A DNA stretch of 63,815 nucleotides, counting the filler, from Myxococcota bacterium (lineage in GTDB: Bacteria; Myxococcota_C; UBA6777), in the NCBI GenBank assembly GCA_023150835.1. It is 4 parts of 4 records of this genome, joined end to end, with 100 filler letters (N's around TTAATTAATTAA, not from the genome) between each part and the next. Parts side by side here need not be neighbours in the genome. Positions count along the whole stretch, not along the records: positions 1 to 22,598 come from JAKLKB010000160.1; 3 more parts are not named here. The stretch is one strand, 5' to 3'. This document shows, piece after piece, positions 10,812 through 20,714 of the stretch. The notes under the pieces are model-generated. The model was not told the origin of the DNA and made no database searches. It saw only the letters and a program-made list of their open reading frames with translations. Position 1 is the stretch's first letter; every line of letters starts with the position of its first letter. Position numbers and translations under genes: made by a program.

Positions 10812-10981
10812 CAAACAAAACCAACAATCCGTACCAACCGAGAGAAGAAAGAGCATCTTTTTTGCGATCACGGCATCTTTGTAGGAACAAGGATGTTGAG
10901 CGAGCGCCTGTTTGGTGCGAGGCACCAAGTGAGGGCGCGTTAGGAAACCACAGCGAAAGCATGTTGAGAAGGAGTTGTGTG

Positions 10982-12250
10982 ATGTTTGATGCGAAAGACT
11001 CTGGAAATCAGGAGGCGCAACGCAGCGCTCGTTACACAAACGGCTCGTCTCATCGTGCAAATACCAAGGAATATCCGCCATCCACCAACGGATATCCGCC
11101 ATCCACCAACGGATATCCGCCCTCTTTTGTTTTTGAAGCAGAAAACGCCGGCAGCACCGCTCGAAAAAAGGTCGCTGCTTCGTTGGCCTCTGCGATCGAT
11201 CGTGTGGTGAGCGAAACGTGGGAAGGATCGGGGCAAGCAAGTATGGCTCCGATGCCTGTGTTGGCCTTTGCTTCGGGCCGCGCTTATACGCAGCACACAG
11301 AACCTGCGGTGGCCGTTGAGTTGCGAGGTGTGACCAAGCGTTATGGTTCTTTGGTGGCCGTCGATCATCTGGATATGGCGATCCAGAGCGGTGAGATCTT
11401 TGGGATGTTGGGGCCAAATGGTGCGGGGAAGACCACGACCATCCAGATGTTGTGTGGTTTATTGAAGCCCGATGAAGGTGAGATATGGGTGCAAGGAGCG
11501 TGTTTGTCTTCTTCGCCCGATGCGCGCCGACACATCGGTGTTTGTCCCCAACAACTGGTGTTGTGGGAGAAGATGACGCCGTTGGAGCAGTTGGTGTTTT
11601 TGGCGTCGGCGTATGATATCCCTGAAAAGATCGCGCATACACGGGCCTTATTGATGTTAAAGGCGTTGGGCTTGTGGGAAAAGCGCGACACGCTGGCCAA
11701 ATATCTTTCGGGCGGGATGAAGCGGCGGTTGAATCTGCTGATGGCGTTGATCCATGAACCGTCGATCTTGGTGCTCGATGAGCCAGAGGCAGGTCTTGAT
11801 CCGCAAAGTCGGGTGTTGGTTCGAGAGTACGTGCGGGCTTGGGTTCGCGAAGGACAACGCACCGTGATCTTGACCAGTCACAACATGGATGAGGTCGAGC
11901 GTCTGGCCGATCGGGTGGCCGTGATGGATCGGGGGCAGTTGTTGTCGCTTGATACACCCGACCAATTGAAGCGTCAACATCAGCAGGGCGATCTGTTGGA
12001 GATCGAGATCGCCGATGCAGCCCAACCCCATCTCGAAGAAGCGCTGTTTGTCTTGCATCAGATCGCTTCGGAGGTCCGATGGGAAGGCACGATTGTTTCG
12101 ATGCGGATGGATTCTTTGGTCGAGCATCTCTCCTTGGTCTTGGGGGTTTTTCGGCGTTTTAAGATCGCGATCCACGCGGTGCGTACGCGACCTTCGACGC
12201 TGGAAGATGTCTTTATCTCCTTAACGGGTCGGGCTTTGCGCGACGAGTGA
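10982..12250 (+). CDS. ABC-2 type exporter ATP-binding subunit
   Basis: GPNGAGKTT, LSGGMKRR, LVLDEP, SH switch. N-terminal extension contains a 21-bp repeat (YPPSTNG). Start uncertain. Confidence 0.93.
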   Translation: MFDAKDSGNQEAQRSARYTNGSSHRANTKEYPPSTNGYPPSTNGYPPSFVFEAENAGSTARKKVAASLASAIDRVVSETWEGSGQASMAPMPVLAFASGRAYTQHTEPAVAVELRGVTKRYGSLVAVDHLDMAIQSGEIFGMLGPNGAGKTTTIQMLCGLLKPDEGEIWVQGACLSSSPDARRHIGVCPQQLVLWEKMTPLEQLVFLASAYDIPEKIAHTRALLMLKALGLWEKRDTLAKYLSGGMKRRLNLLMALIHEPSILVLDEPEAGLDPQSRVLVREYVRAWVREGQRTVILTSHNMDEVERLADRVAVMDRGQLLSLDTPDQLKRQHQQGDLLEIEIADAAQPHLEEALFVLHQIASEVRWEGTIVSMRMDSLVEHLSLVLGVFRRFKIAIHAVRTRPSTLEDVFISLTGRALRDE

Positions 12251-12307
12251 CACTCCCCTTATGAAGATGGGCGGGATTTTGGCGGTGGATGACGAAAGGG
12301 GCGATGG

Positions 12308-13474
12308 ATGCGGTTGTGGAGTGTGTTTCGCAAAAGTATTCGTGAACAATGGCGGGAGCCTTGGGGGTTGGCGCTGACGTTGGGAACCGCTCCGTTTTTT
12401 GTGTTGCTGTATTGGCTGTTTTTTGGCGGAACGACGCCTTTTGTGGTCTTGGTCTTTGAAGAAGGCCGCCCACCGCTCAAGACCGCTACCAAAGAAGAAG
12501 AAGTCTCCGCGGGAGGGCAGTTGGTGAAGCTGTTGGCTTCGCTGAAACGCCCGCGTGGTGGGGCTTTGATGAAGGCGAGTTTGGTGGAGGGGCTTGCAGA
12601 AGCCAAACAGCGACTGACGCGCAGACAAGCGGCGGCTTTGGTGGTGGTGCCTCGGGGATTTTTGCAAGCCTTGGCAGGAGCCGATGCCAACGCCAAGAAA
12701 CCAAAACTTCGGATAGTTGGGGACTTTACCGATCCGCAGTATGCGTCTGTGGCGGTGGTTTTGAATGCCGCGTTGCAGCGTTTTGTCCAAGAAGCGACCA
12801 ACACGATGATGCCTGTCGAGGTGGCGAAAGAAGCGATCGCTCGTTCCGATCAGCGGACGGAGTTTGAGAACTACGTCCCGGGTTTGCTGATCTTGTCGGT
12901 GGTGATGCTGATCTTTTCGGCGGCGATGACCATCACGTACGAGGTGGAGATGGGGACGTTACGACGTTTGCAGTTGTCCAATCTATCGGCCTTTTCGTTG
13001 TTGTTGGGGATCGCGCTGTCGCAGGTGTTGTTGGGGACGCTGTCGGTGTTGTTGACTTTTGGGATGGCGGCGATCTTGGGCTTTCGCAGCCAAGGCCCGC
13101 TGTGGGTGGCGATCTTGGTGGGGGCTGTGACAAGCTTGTCGATTATGGGCGTGGCGATGATCGTGGCGTCTTTTGCGCGGACGGTCACGGAAGCCTTCTT
13201 GTTATCGAACTTTCCGCTATTTTTGCTGATGTTCTTTTCGGGGGCGATCCGACCGATCCCCAAAGTGCCGCTGGGGGTGATCGGGGGGCGAGAGATCGGG
13301 TTGTACGACCTTTTACAGCCCACGCATGCGGTGGTGGCGCTCAATAAAGTGCTGACTTTTGGCGCGTCCTTGCGGGATGTGGTCTTTGAGGTGATTGCGG
13401 TGCTGGTGTTGGCGGTGCTGTACTTTGGGGTGGGGGTTGCGTTGTTTCATCTGCGTCGGATGCGTATTGCCTGA
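12308..13474 (+). CDS. ABC-2 type exporter permease
   Basis: 1+5 TM topology with an extracytoplasmic loop, EVEMGTLRRL motif, adjacent to the ATPase. Confidence 0.93.
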   Translation: MRLWSVFRKSIREQWREPWGLALTLGTAPFFVLLYWLFFGGTTPFVVLVFEEGRPPLKTATKEEEVSAGGQLVKLLASLKRPRGGALMKASLVEGLAEAKQRLTRRQAAALVVVPRGFLQALAGADANAKKPKLRIVGDFTDPQYASVAVVLNAALQRFVQEATNTMMPVEVAKEAIARSDQRTEFENYVPGLLILSVVMLIFSAAMTITYEVEMGTLRRLQLSNLSAFSLLLGIALSQVLLGTLSVLLTFGMAAILGFRSQGPLWVAILVGAVTSLSIMGVAMIVASFARTVTEAFLLSNFPLFLLMFFSGAIRPIPKVPLGVIGGREIGLYDLLQPTHAVVALNKVLTFGASLRDVVFEVIAVLVLAVLYFGVGVALFHLRRMRIA

Positions 13475-13496
13475 ATGCCTCATCGTGTTTTATTTT

Positions 13497-13775
13497 TGTG
13501 GGGTTCCACCCCATAGGCGTTAGGTTAAGCGCTTGTTGGCCCCCCCCACCCCAGCCCTCCCCCGTGAACAGGGGAGGGAGCGAAAGTCGGAAGCAGCGGG
13601 GATTTTGTTTTTTCATGACGCACGCTGTTTGCACGAGACGCAGACGCTCGTATGGGGTTCCACCCCACACCCCGCAAGGGACCGATGGCCCCTTGACCCC
13701 GCGTTGGCGGGACGCGGCTAGGTTTTTCAAACAAACAGCGGCACCGCTTGAAGTGGCACGAACACGGGGTTTTTT
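13497..13775 (+). repeat. mosaic repeat family B copy
   Basis: Hairpins ggggttccacccc and ccctcccccgtgaacaggggaggg, plus core gcgaaagtcggaagc..ttcatgacgcacgctg..cagacgct shared with 15990-16141, 41780-41889, 53280-53413 and 63250-63400. Confidence 0.9.
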
Positions 13776-13907
13776 GCTCGCTGTTTTTTTCGGAGGGATC
13801 TCGGCGGATTCGTGGGGCGTTTGGATGGATTGTGTGAGCGTATGAGATCTCTGCGGAGCTGTGGGGCGTTTGGATGACTTGGATGACTTGTGTGAGCGTG
13901 AAGGGAG

Positions 13908-14498
13908 GTGCCGATGTCTGTGTATCCGTCTTTTGTGGAATATCAACGGCTTTTGCATACGCGTCTTTTGGAGTTGACTCCGCCGCTTTGCGCGTATCTT
14001 CGGGCATTACGGGAGCGCCCGTTTCATCCCGAGGTGGATCTTTTGCAATTTGAGATGATGCACGAAGATGCTGCGGAGGTATTTCCGATCTTTTTGTTGA
14101 CGAAACGCCGATGTGACGGGGTGGATCGTTATTGTTCGGGCCAGTCATACGATTATCGGCGGGAGTGGTTTGAAGATCGAGAGCGGTCGGATGTGTTTTC
14201 AGGGTTTGAGCGGTTGTTGCAAGAGCCGCTGATGGTGGGCGAGCTGGTGCGATATTTTCACCTTGAGCACGAAGAGACCGCTCCCGACGAAGATTACGAT
14301 GAGATGATCGAGCGATGCGATATCTATTTCTTTGAAGCGGTGGGGCCTTGGTTTTATGCGTTGTGGAAACAAGAGATCGGTGCGGATCTGCCCATCTCAT
14401 CGTATTTTTTGCAGATGGGCGATGATGCGGGTGGGAACGTCTTTGATCTGCGTACACAGCAAGAGATCCCTTGGGAACAGATGTACAAACAAGAGTGA
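13908..14498 (+). CDS. acidic hypothetical protein
   Basis: 196-aa protein-like ORF after a GGGAGG RBS; no recognised motif. Confidence 0.65.
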   Translation: MPMSVYPSFVEYQRLLHTRLLELTPPLCAYLRALRERPFHPEVDLLQFEMMHEDAAEVFPIFLLTKRRCDGVDRYCSGQSYDYRREWFEDRERSDVFSGFERLLQEPLMVGELVRYFHLEHEETAPDEDYDEMIERCDIYFFEAVGPWFYALWKQEIGADLPISSYFLQMGDDAGGNVFDLRTQQEIPWEQMYKQE

Positions 14499-14555
14499 TC
14501 AAGCGGATCTGGGGCGCTCGTCTTAACTTTGCCCTAGGATCAAAGCTCAAAGGAT

Positions 14556-15341
14556 TCAGTCGTTTGTGTGGGTCGGATCTTCTGGAGGGTGGGGCGTGGA
14601 GAGGTTGGGATCGTCGATGGGTTGGGTGGGGGTTTCTTCGCCTCGGCGTCGGCGGACGGTTGGGCGCACTCGATCGGCGAGTTCTCGGAGTCCTGCGATG
14701 CGGTAAAGACCCTCAAGAGCAGAGGCCGTTCCTTGATAGACGTCCCCCCATCGTTCCAGAACACGGTCGCGTTCGATGAGAGCGTCTTGGAGTTCGCGTT
14801 GCTCTCGTTTGACGTCTTCGACGCCTCTTTCCAGTCGTTCAGCTTTTTGCAAAAGAAACTTGCCCAAGGCGTGTGGGTGAACTTCTTGACCGAAAGCGTC
14901 TGTGTAGGTCTCTGCTGCATCACAGAGCAAAGTTCCTGTGTGTTTGAGGGTATTCGCGAGTTGGTGGGGCGTGTCTACTTGCGTTGTGGGAATGCCGTAT
15001 TTTTTGAGCAGGTCTTGTTTGTGGGGGATGCTGCGGAGCCGATAGGCGGCGTTGTTGAGAGCTTCTTGCCCCTCGATGGTGGCTTGATCGCGCTCTTGAC
15101 GGTATCCATCGTCGTCTGCTTGTTCTTTCACGTAGGCCATCTCAAGCTGTTCGAGTGCCTTTGTTTGCGCATCCAAAGCTGTTGCAAGCGCGCCTAAAAA
15201 CTGAGATATCTGTGCGGCACTTAACCCGTGAAGCGTTGAAGCTAGAATGTCCGCAACTTTGGTTTTATGGACCTGAACTGAACTCACAACATGAAGGCTG
15301 TTTTTCTTTTGACTTTCGACGCGAGCGCTCATCTGTGCCAT
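14556..15341 (-). CDS. helical/coiled-coil hypothetical protein
   Basis: ATG 15341 with a GAGG RBS; helical composition; basic ADRVRPTVRRRRG tail. Confidence 0.7.
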   Translation of the reverse strand: MAQMSARVESQKKNSLHVVSSVQVHKTKVADILASTLHGLSAAQISQFLGALATALDAQTKALEQLEMAYVKEQADDDGYRQERDQATIEGQEALNNAAYRLRSIPHKQDLLKKYGIPTTQVDTPHQLANTLKHTGTLLCDAAETYTDAFGQEVHPHALGKFLLQKAERLERGVEDVKREQRELQDALIERDRVLERWGDVYQGTASALEGLYRIAGLRELADRVRPTVRRRRGEETPTQPIDDPNLSTPHPPEDPTHTND

Positions 15342-15851
15342 CGGCTTTGCCTCTGTGGGGGGTGATGGTGCGGTGCAAAAGTCACTTGAAACTTCACCGC
15401 ATCTTGTTTTGTTCGATTTCGCAAGTCCTATTTCAACAACAAACGCAGTATACCACCCACATCGCAAAATGCAAAAGGGCCAAAAGGGTTTCGCGGTTTT
15501 GTGGGGCTGCGGTCCACAAAACAGATCCACAAGCCATTCGTTTGGGAACAAGATATCGTGCGTTTGGAGGGTCTGTCGGCGCGTGGGAAACGCAGCCCGA
15601 ATACAAGCCGAGCCTTTTTTGCAAAGGGAAGGCTGATCGATGCTGGAGAAGATCAGTGGTGAGCGGAAGTGGACGTTGTTCTGGATCGGAAAATGCGTTT
15701 TCCAAGCGCAGCAATGTCGGGATGAACCTGTTTTGTGTTTTGCTTTGTTGGTGTCCTTGGGAAAGCTTGTTGGGGGCGCGTGGATGTGTTTCCCGTGTTG
15801 TGATGCTTTTTTGTGAAGGGGAGGTTTGGGTTTGCGCAGCCATAGGATATC

Positions 15852-16141
15852 CCCGTGCGGGGTGTGGGGTGGAACCCCATAGGCGTTAGGTGAAGGTGGA
15901 AACACCGGATAGTCTAGCCTGATCGCCTTTTCTTTTGCTCGCCCCCCCCCCCTCAATCCCCCCGTGAACGGGGGGAAGTTGGAACGGGCAGCGTCTGCGT
16001 CTCGTGCAAACAGCGTGCGTCATGAAAAAACAAAATCCCCGCTGCTTCCGACTTTCGCTCCCTCCCCTGTTCACGGGGGAGGGGCTGGGGTGGGGGGGCC
16101 AACAAGCGCTTAACCTAGCGCGTATGGGGTGGAACCCCACA
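15852..16141 (-). repeat. mosaic repeat family B copy (inverted relative to the 13497 copy)
   Basis: 15990-16141 is a near-exact reverse complement of 13497-13648. Confidence 0.9.
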
Positions 16142-16218
16142 ACGTCTATCGGAGGGCGGGTTTGTGTCCCAGCGTATCTGGACTACGTGATGGCGCGGTG
16201 AAGCGGCGTCCCGCAAAC

Positions 16219-17790
16219 CTATCGGGGGGCGGGTTTGTGGGGGAGCGTAGGATGAGAGGTGGGGGTGGATATCTCGAAGATCTTGGTGTTGGAGTCGGCG
16301 TAAACTTCTTTGACGAGTGGATCGAGGGAGAGTTGTTGGGCGAGTGGCGCGTCGCCAGCGGCGGCAAACAACACGACATAGCGAGCGCGAAAGAGGGTGC
16401 GGATCCACCGAGCGGGATCGTGCGAGCGTCCTTGGTTAATGGTCTGATAATCTTGAAACAGCCGAGGCTTCCATCCAGCAAGGAACAGCGGGCTGAGACC
16501 TGCGATGTAGTGGTTGTGTGTGTTGTGGAAGAAGAGGTAAGAAAAGCCAGCCCAATCGGTATGGTAGACGATCGCGCCTGCGGGGGTGTTGGCTTTGAGC
16601 CAACGGGAAGCGTCTTGGGCGATATCGGAGCGGATCTCGAAAGCGTATCGGTGGAGGTCTTGGTGCTTTTTGACGCCAAACCACAGAAACGAAAGACACA
16701 AAAGGCCCAGACACAGCACAACGATTCGGGCCTTGGCTTTGGAAGCCAAGAAGGGCAGGGACTCCGCATTCCACCGCTGCACGACGGTGGCGTCAAACAG
16801 GCGCGCTCCAAGCAACACAGCAAACGCGACTCCATATTCTAACATCCGCTCCGCACGCAAAGAGACCGCCCATAGCGCCAACGCCCCCACAAGCAAGACG
16901 CCGATATCACGAGGCCAATGCTTTCTTTGCGAAAGCAATACAAGAGGCAACACAAGGCCAAGCAAAAAGGCAGGGTAATTTCTTTGCCAAAGTAGAGCGA
17001 GTGTGGTTCCGCGCCACTCGGGGATCAGCGGGATATCGGCGAGGTGCTGGCTTGGGAAGGCCGAAGAGAAATGAAACGCAAAAAAGGAAAAGGTGTCTGG
17101 TGCAAAAGGATGCAGCGCCAAACCAAAGAAGATCCCGCCTGTCGTGTAAAGCAGCGGGCGCCATTCCCACACACCTTCTTGCCACCGTCCCCAAGCCACC
17201 GCGACCATCGCCATCGGTACAAGCGCGATGGCGGTTTGATAAGTCCAGATGTAGGCAAAAGCCACCCCAAACAACAGACGGTGATGCTTTCGCTCCAAGC
17301 ACCACAAAGCCAACAACAAAAAGATCAAAGACAACGATATCGAGCGCGGCATCGAGATACGGAACAGAAAGAAATCCGACGCCAACAACAGCACGATCCC
17401 ATACACCCATGCAAAGCGCACGCGATGGGCGATCAGGTAAAGTACACAAGCGGAAAGGGCGATCGTTCCGAAGAAAACCGCAGAGAGCTTCATCCCAAAG
17501 AGCAGATCGCCTCCCGCAAACGGCATCAAGAGCAGATGGTAAAGAAAGTGATGATCGGCCCAAGTGTCCTTTGCGATGGAGAATTGCATCCACGGGAAAT
17601 CTGTAAACAGGCCTTTTTGTCGATAAAGCCAAGCGTATCGGATGTGATACATACCGTCGACGGAGTGTAGCGTGTGGTGCGAAAAAAGATGCACAGACAA
17701 GACGATGGCGTTGAGGATGGTGATGCCGATCAATCCGAGAAATGCTTGACTTCGAGAGAGGGCGGTGTTGTGTTGGTGGAGGTGTGTCAT
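16219..17790 (-). CDS. polytopic membrane protein, GT-C-fold glycosyltransferase-like
   Basis: Acidic residue after TM1 (SVDGMYH), about 11 TM segments and a soluble C-terminal domain (WLKANTPAGAIVY). Confidence 0.7.
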   Translation of the reverse strand: MTHLHQHNTALSRSQAFLGLIGITILNAIVLSVHLFSHHTLHSVDGMYHIRYAWLYRQKGLFTDFPWMQFSIAKDTWADHHFLYHLLLMPFAGGDLLFGMKLSAVFFGTIALSACVLYLIAHRVRFAWVYGIVLLLASDFFLFRISMPRSISLSLIFLLLALWCLERKHHRLLFGVAFAYIWTYQTAIALVPMAMVAVAWGRWQEGVWEWRPLLYTTGGIFFGLALHPFAPDTFSFFAFHFSSAFPSQHLADIPLIPEWRGTTLALLWQRNYPAFLLGLVLPLVLLSQRKHWPRDIGVLLVGALALWAVSLRAERMLEYGVAFAVLLGARLFDATVVQRWNAESLPFLASKAKARIVVLCLGLLCLSFLWFGVKKHQDLHRYAFEIRSDIAQDASRWLKANTPAGAIVYHTDWAGFSYLFFHNTHNHYIAGLSPLFLAGWKPRLFQDYQTINQGRSHDPARWIRTLFRARYVVLFAAAGDAPLAQQLSLDPLVKEVYADSNTKIFEISTPTSHPTLPHKPAPR

Positions 17791-17874
17791 GTGCGTATGA
17801 GCCGTCGTGATGGATGGAGAGCCGATGCAGATGGCCACGAGGTTGGCTTGTGCTTGCCAAGGGGTTGGCTTGTG

Positions 17875-18007
17875 ATCGCGAGGACCAGCCGTGAGGATGT
17901 AGGCTCGTCAAGGCGTGCATGATCGAGGACTAGCCGTGATGGTGAGGGATTGTCAAGGCGTGCATGATCGAGGACTAGCCGTGATGGCGAGGGATTGTCA
18001 AGGCGTG
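17875..18007. repeat. 45-bp tandem repeat (about 3 copies) between divergent genes
   Basis: gaggac(t/c)agccgtga..gtcaaggcgtg recurs with period 45. Confidence 0.85.
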
Positions 18008-18014
18008 GTGTTCT

Positions 18015-20366
18015 GTGGTGTCGAACGATCGGGGTGTTTGGATGAGTGATTGGTTTGTGTGGTTGTGTCGTCGAGGGCGGGGATATGGGGGATGGTGGAG
18101 TGGGGTGTTGTTGGTGTGTCTGTGTTGGGTGGGGTATGGGCAGCTTTTGCGTGAGGGCCATGTGCCGTATTCGCGTTATTCGGATGATATCGCGCACAAT
18201 ATCGCGACTTCTTATGTGTTGTATGAGGCGCGTCGAAGGGGAGGATCGGCTCCGTTGTGGCGGAGTGATCAGCTTGTGGGCGGGGTGGCGATGACGCAAC
18301 CTCAAGCGTTGTACACGTATCCGCTGCGTGTGTTTTCTTGGTGGGTGCATCCTGCGCGGTGGGTGGGGTGGGCGTATTGGTTGGAGATGTTGGCGGTGGC
18401 AGGGGTGTTTTGGTGGCTGGGTGGTACGTTGGGGCTGTCGGTGGGGGGGCGTCTGGTAATGGCGGTGGGTGCGCTGTTTCAGATGAAATTTATTTTGGCG
18501 ATCTATGCGGGCTGGTTGGCTGCACTGCCGGGATATGTGTGGACACCGTTGTTGTTTGGGGTGGTGTTTCGGGCGTTACAACAGCCTGATCGGACGAGTG
18601 CTTTGTGGATGGCGGGGGTGGGTGGGCTGTGTTTGCATGCAGGGCACCTTCAGAGCTTGTATTACACGACGTTGTTGTTGTGTTTGTATTTGTGCGTTTG
18701 TGGGGTGGATTGGTGGCGGAAGAAGGCGTGGGCAGAAGCAGGGCGGGTCATTGGGAGTCTTGGAGCGGGGGCGATCTTGGCGGTGGCGATGTCGGCGTAT
18801 TTGATCGTGCCGTTGTTGTTGGAGTCATCGCTGTCTTCGCGGGTGGGTTTGTCGTATCAGGAGTTTTTGGCGGATCACGCGCTCGAATGGCGTCATCTGT
18901 GGACCTTGTTTTTTCCCGAAGCGTTGGGAACACCGTTGCGTGGGACGTATCCGAAGGTCGAGCTGTGGGAAGATCTGGCTTATTTTGGTATTGTTCCGTT
19001 GTTTTTGGCGGTGGTTGGGGCGATATGGGGTTGGCGGCGGCGATTTGTGGGGTTTTTGGTGATCAGCTTTTGTGGGTTGTGGGTGTTGGCGCAAGATAGT
19101 GTGTTATTGCGTTTTTTTTATGATTACATCCCGGGGTTTCGGTTGTTTCGTGCGCCTGCGCGGATGCTTTTTTTGGTGAGTGCGTTGGGGCTGATGTTGG
19201 CGGGGGTGGGGTGGGATGTGTTGGCTTCGTGGCTGACGGAGAAAGGGAAGATGCGTTGGGTGTGGATCGGTTGTGCGGGCCTGTTGTGTGGGATGACGGT
19301 CGAAGGAGCGTGGTACAGCCGACGTTATGTGACGACGCGGCCTTGGGCTGAGGTCTTTCCAAAGGCAGACTACCAAGTCTTTCTCGCAAAGCAGCAGAAG
19401 CCGTTTCGGGTGCTTCCGATGGGGCGATCGACGCTGAATTCGGGGTGGGCGGCGTGGATGGGATTGGAAGTGATCACAGGGTATGAGCCTTACAACTACC
19501 GCCATTATCAGCAGCTCGTTTCGCTGTTGTTGGACGGGCGTGTGCGCCCGAGGGTGGGGGTGGTGTGGACGGATGTGGATCGGATCGCACGTCCTGATGT
19601 GTTGGATCTGTTGAATGTGCGCTATGTGCTTTCTCCTATGGCGATCCAACTCCCCTCAGACAGTTCTTTTTGGCCAGTCGCGCAGTTCGAGCAGCAGCCT
19701 TTTTTTGTGCCGTATGGCGGTATGCGATATGGCGAGATGCTGATCTACGAAAATCGGCGGATGTTCGGGCGTATCCAACATCCTCGACAAGTGGTGGTCG
19801 TGCAAACGGAGGCAGAGATGATCCGTTGGGTCGAGAGCCGCCGCTTGCATGATCTGGCGGTGGTGTTGGACAGGTCTCCCAAGATACTTGGGGCGACGGC
19901 AAAGGCGGTGGAGCGTCCTACGCGGAAGACGGTGTTGTTTGGGGCGACGACAAAGGCGGAGGGGCGTTCTGCGTCGAAGGCGGAGGGGCGTTCGGTGCCG
20001 AAAGTGGTGTTGCTTGGGGCGACGACAAAGGCGGAGGGGCGTTCGGTGCCGAAAGTGGTTTCGCGGATCGTTTCATGGAAGGCGGGGAAGATCGAAGTGT
20101 GGATCCGTAGCGAAGGACGGCGGTTTGTGCGCGTGAGCGAGGTATGGCATCCGGGATGGCGTGCGGTGTCGGATGGTCGGGCGATTCCGCTATTTCGTAC
20201 GGATCTGAGTTTGCTTGGATTTTGGGTGGATGCAGGAGAGTATCGGGTTTCGCTGGTGTTTCAACCGTTGGCTTGGTCTTGGGCGTTGGGCGTGAGTGGT
20301 TTGGCGGGGCTGTTGTGGTTGGGGCTGTGTGTGGGGTGGCGGCGAAGAGATCGCGCTTTTGCGTGA
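18015..20366 (+). CDS. YfhO-family membrane protein (GT-C-like)
   Basis: PLW..GG..YP motif, many TM segments, FRAPAR, LDLLNVRYV, SEVWHPGWRAVSDG and a C-terminal TM. Internal repeat GATTKAEGRSVPKVV. Confidence 0.85.
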   Translation: MVSNDRGVWMSDWFVWLCRRGRGYGGWWSGVLLVCLCWVGYGQLLREGHVPYSRYSDDIAHNIATSYVLYEARRRGGSAPLWRSDQLVGGVAMTQPQALYTYPLRVFSWWVHPARWVGWAYWLEMLAVAGVFWWLGGTLGLSVGGRLVMAVGALFQMKFILAIYAGWLAALPGYVWTPLLFGVVFRALQQPDRTSALWMAGVGGLCLHAGHLQSLYYTTLLLCLYLCVCGVDWWRKKAWAEAGRVIGSLGAGAILAVAMSAYLIVPLLLESSLSSRVGLSYQEFLADHALEWRHLWTLFFPEALGTPLRGTYPKVELWEDLAYFGIVPLFLAVVGAIWGWRRRFVGFLVISFCGLWVLAQDSVLLRFFYDYIPGFRLFRAPARMLFLVSALGLMLAGVGWDVLASWLTEKGKMRWVWIGCAGLLCGMTVEGAWYSRRYVTTRPWAEVFPKADYQVFLAKQQKPFRVLPMGRSTLNSGWAAWMGLEVITGYEPYNYRHYQQLVSLLLDGRVRPRVGVVWTDVDRIARPDVLDLLNVRYVLSPMAIQLPSDSSFWPVAQFEQQPFFVPYGGMRYGEMLIYENRRMFGRIQHPRQVVVVQTEAEMIRWVESRRLHDLAVVLDRSPKILGATAKAVERPTRKTVLFGATTKAEGRSASKAEGRSVPKVVLLGATTKAEGRSVPKVVSRIVSWKAGKIEVWIRSEGRRFVRVSEVWHPGWRAVSDGRAIPLFRTDLSLLGFWVDAGEYRVSLVFQPLAWSWALGVSGLAGLLWLGLCVGWRRRDRAFA

Positions 20367-20400
20367 TGTGTATGGGGTGGCGGCGAAGAGATCGCGCTTT
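20326..20400. repeat. 34-bp direct duplication of the YfhO 3' end
   Basis: tgtgt(g/a)tggggtggcggcgaagagatcgcgcttt at 20326-20359 and 20367-20400. Confidence 0.9.
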
Positions 20401-20417
20401 CAGAAAACAATCCCGTT

Positions 20418-20714
20418 GTGTTGATCGGCCCGAATGCTTCGGGGAAGTCAACCTATCTCGAAGTCCTCGATCTTCTCTCTTCTGCGGCCAACGGCTTTTT
20501 TGGGGAGGCTCTGCAAAGAAGAGGAGGGTTTCGATCGGTTTATTCGGCGTATGAAACGTCGCCCCAAAGTGATGATCGAGATGTTTCTGTGTGCGTTCAC
20601 GCAGTTTCCTCGCGTTCCGAGTGTCTCGTTGTTGTCGCGGTTGCCCGATCTTGTTCATATCGCTCAGGAGATCAATCGTTTGAGCGAAGTGTCTTGAGGG
20701 ACTCGGAAATCTAA
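20418..20714 (+). pseudogene. remnant of an AAA_21/AbiEii-like ATPase (Walker A only)
   Basis: VLIGPNASGKSTYLEVLDLL..ALQRRGGFRSV, then loses protein-like character. No Walker B. Confidence 0.65.

Noticed and set aside
13525-14550. ORFs with recurring peptides such as VRHEKTKSPLLPTFAPSPVHGG
   Set aside because: Translations of repeat family B, not a protein family.
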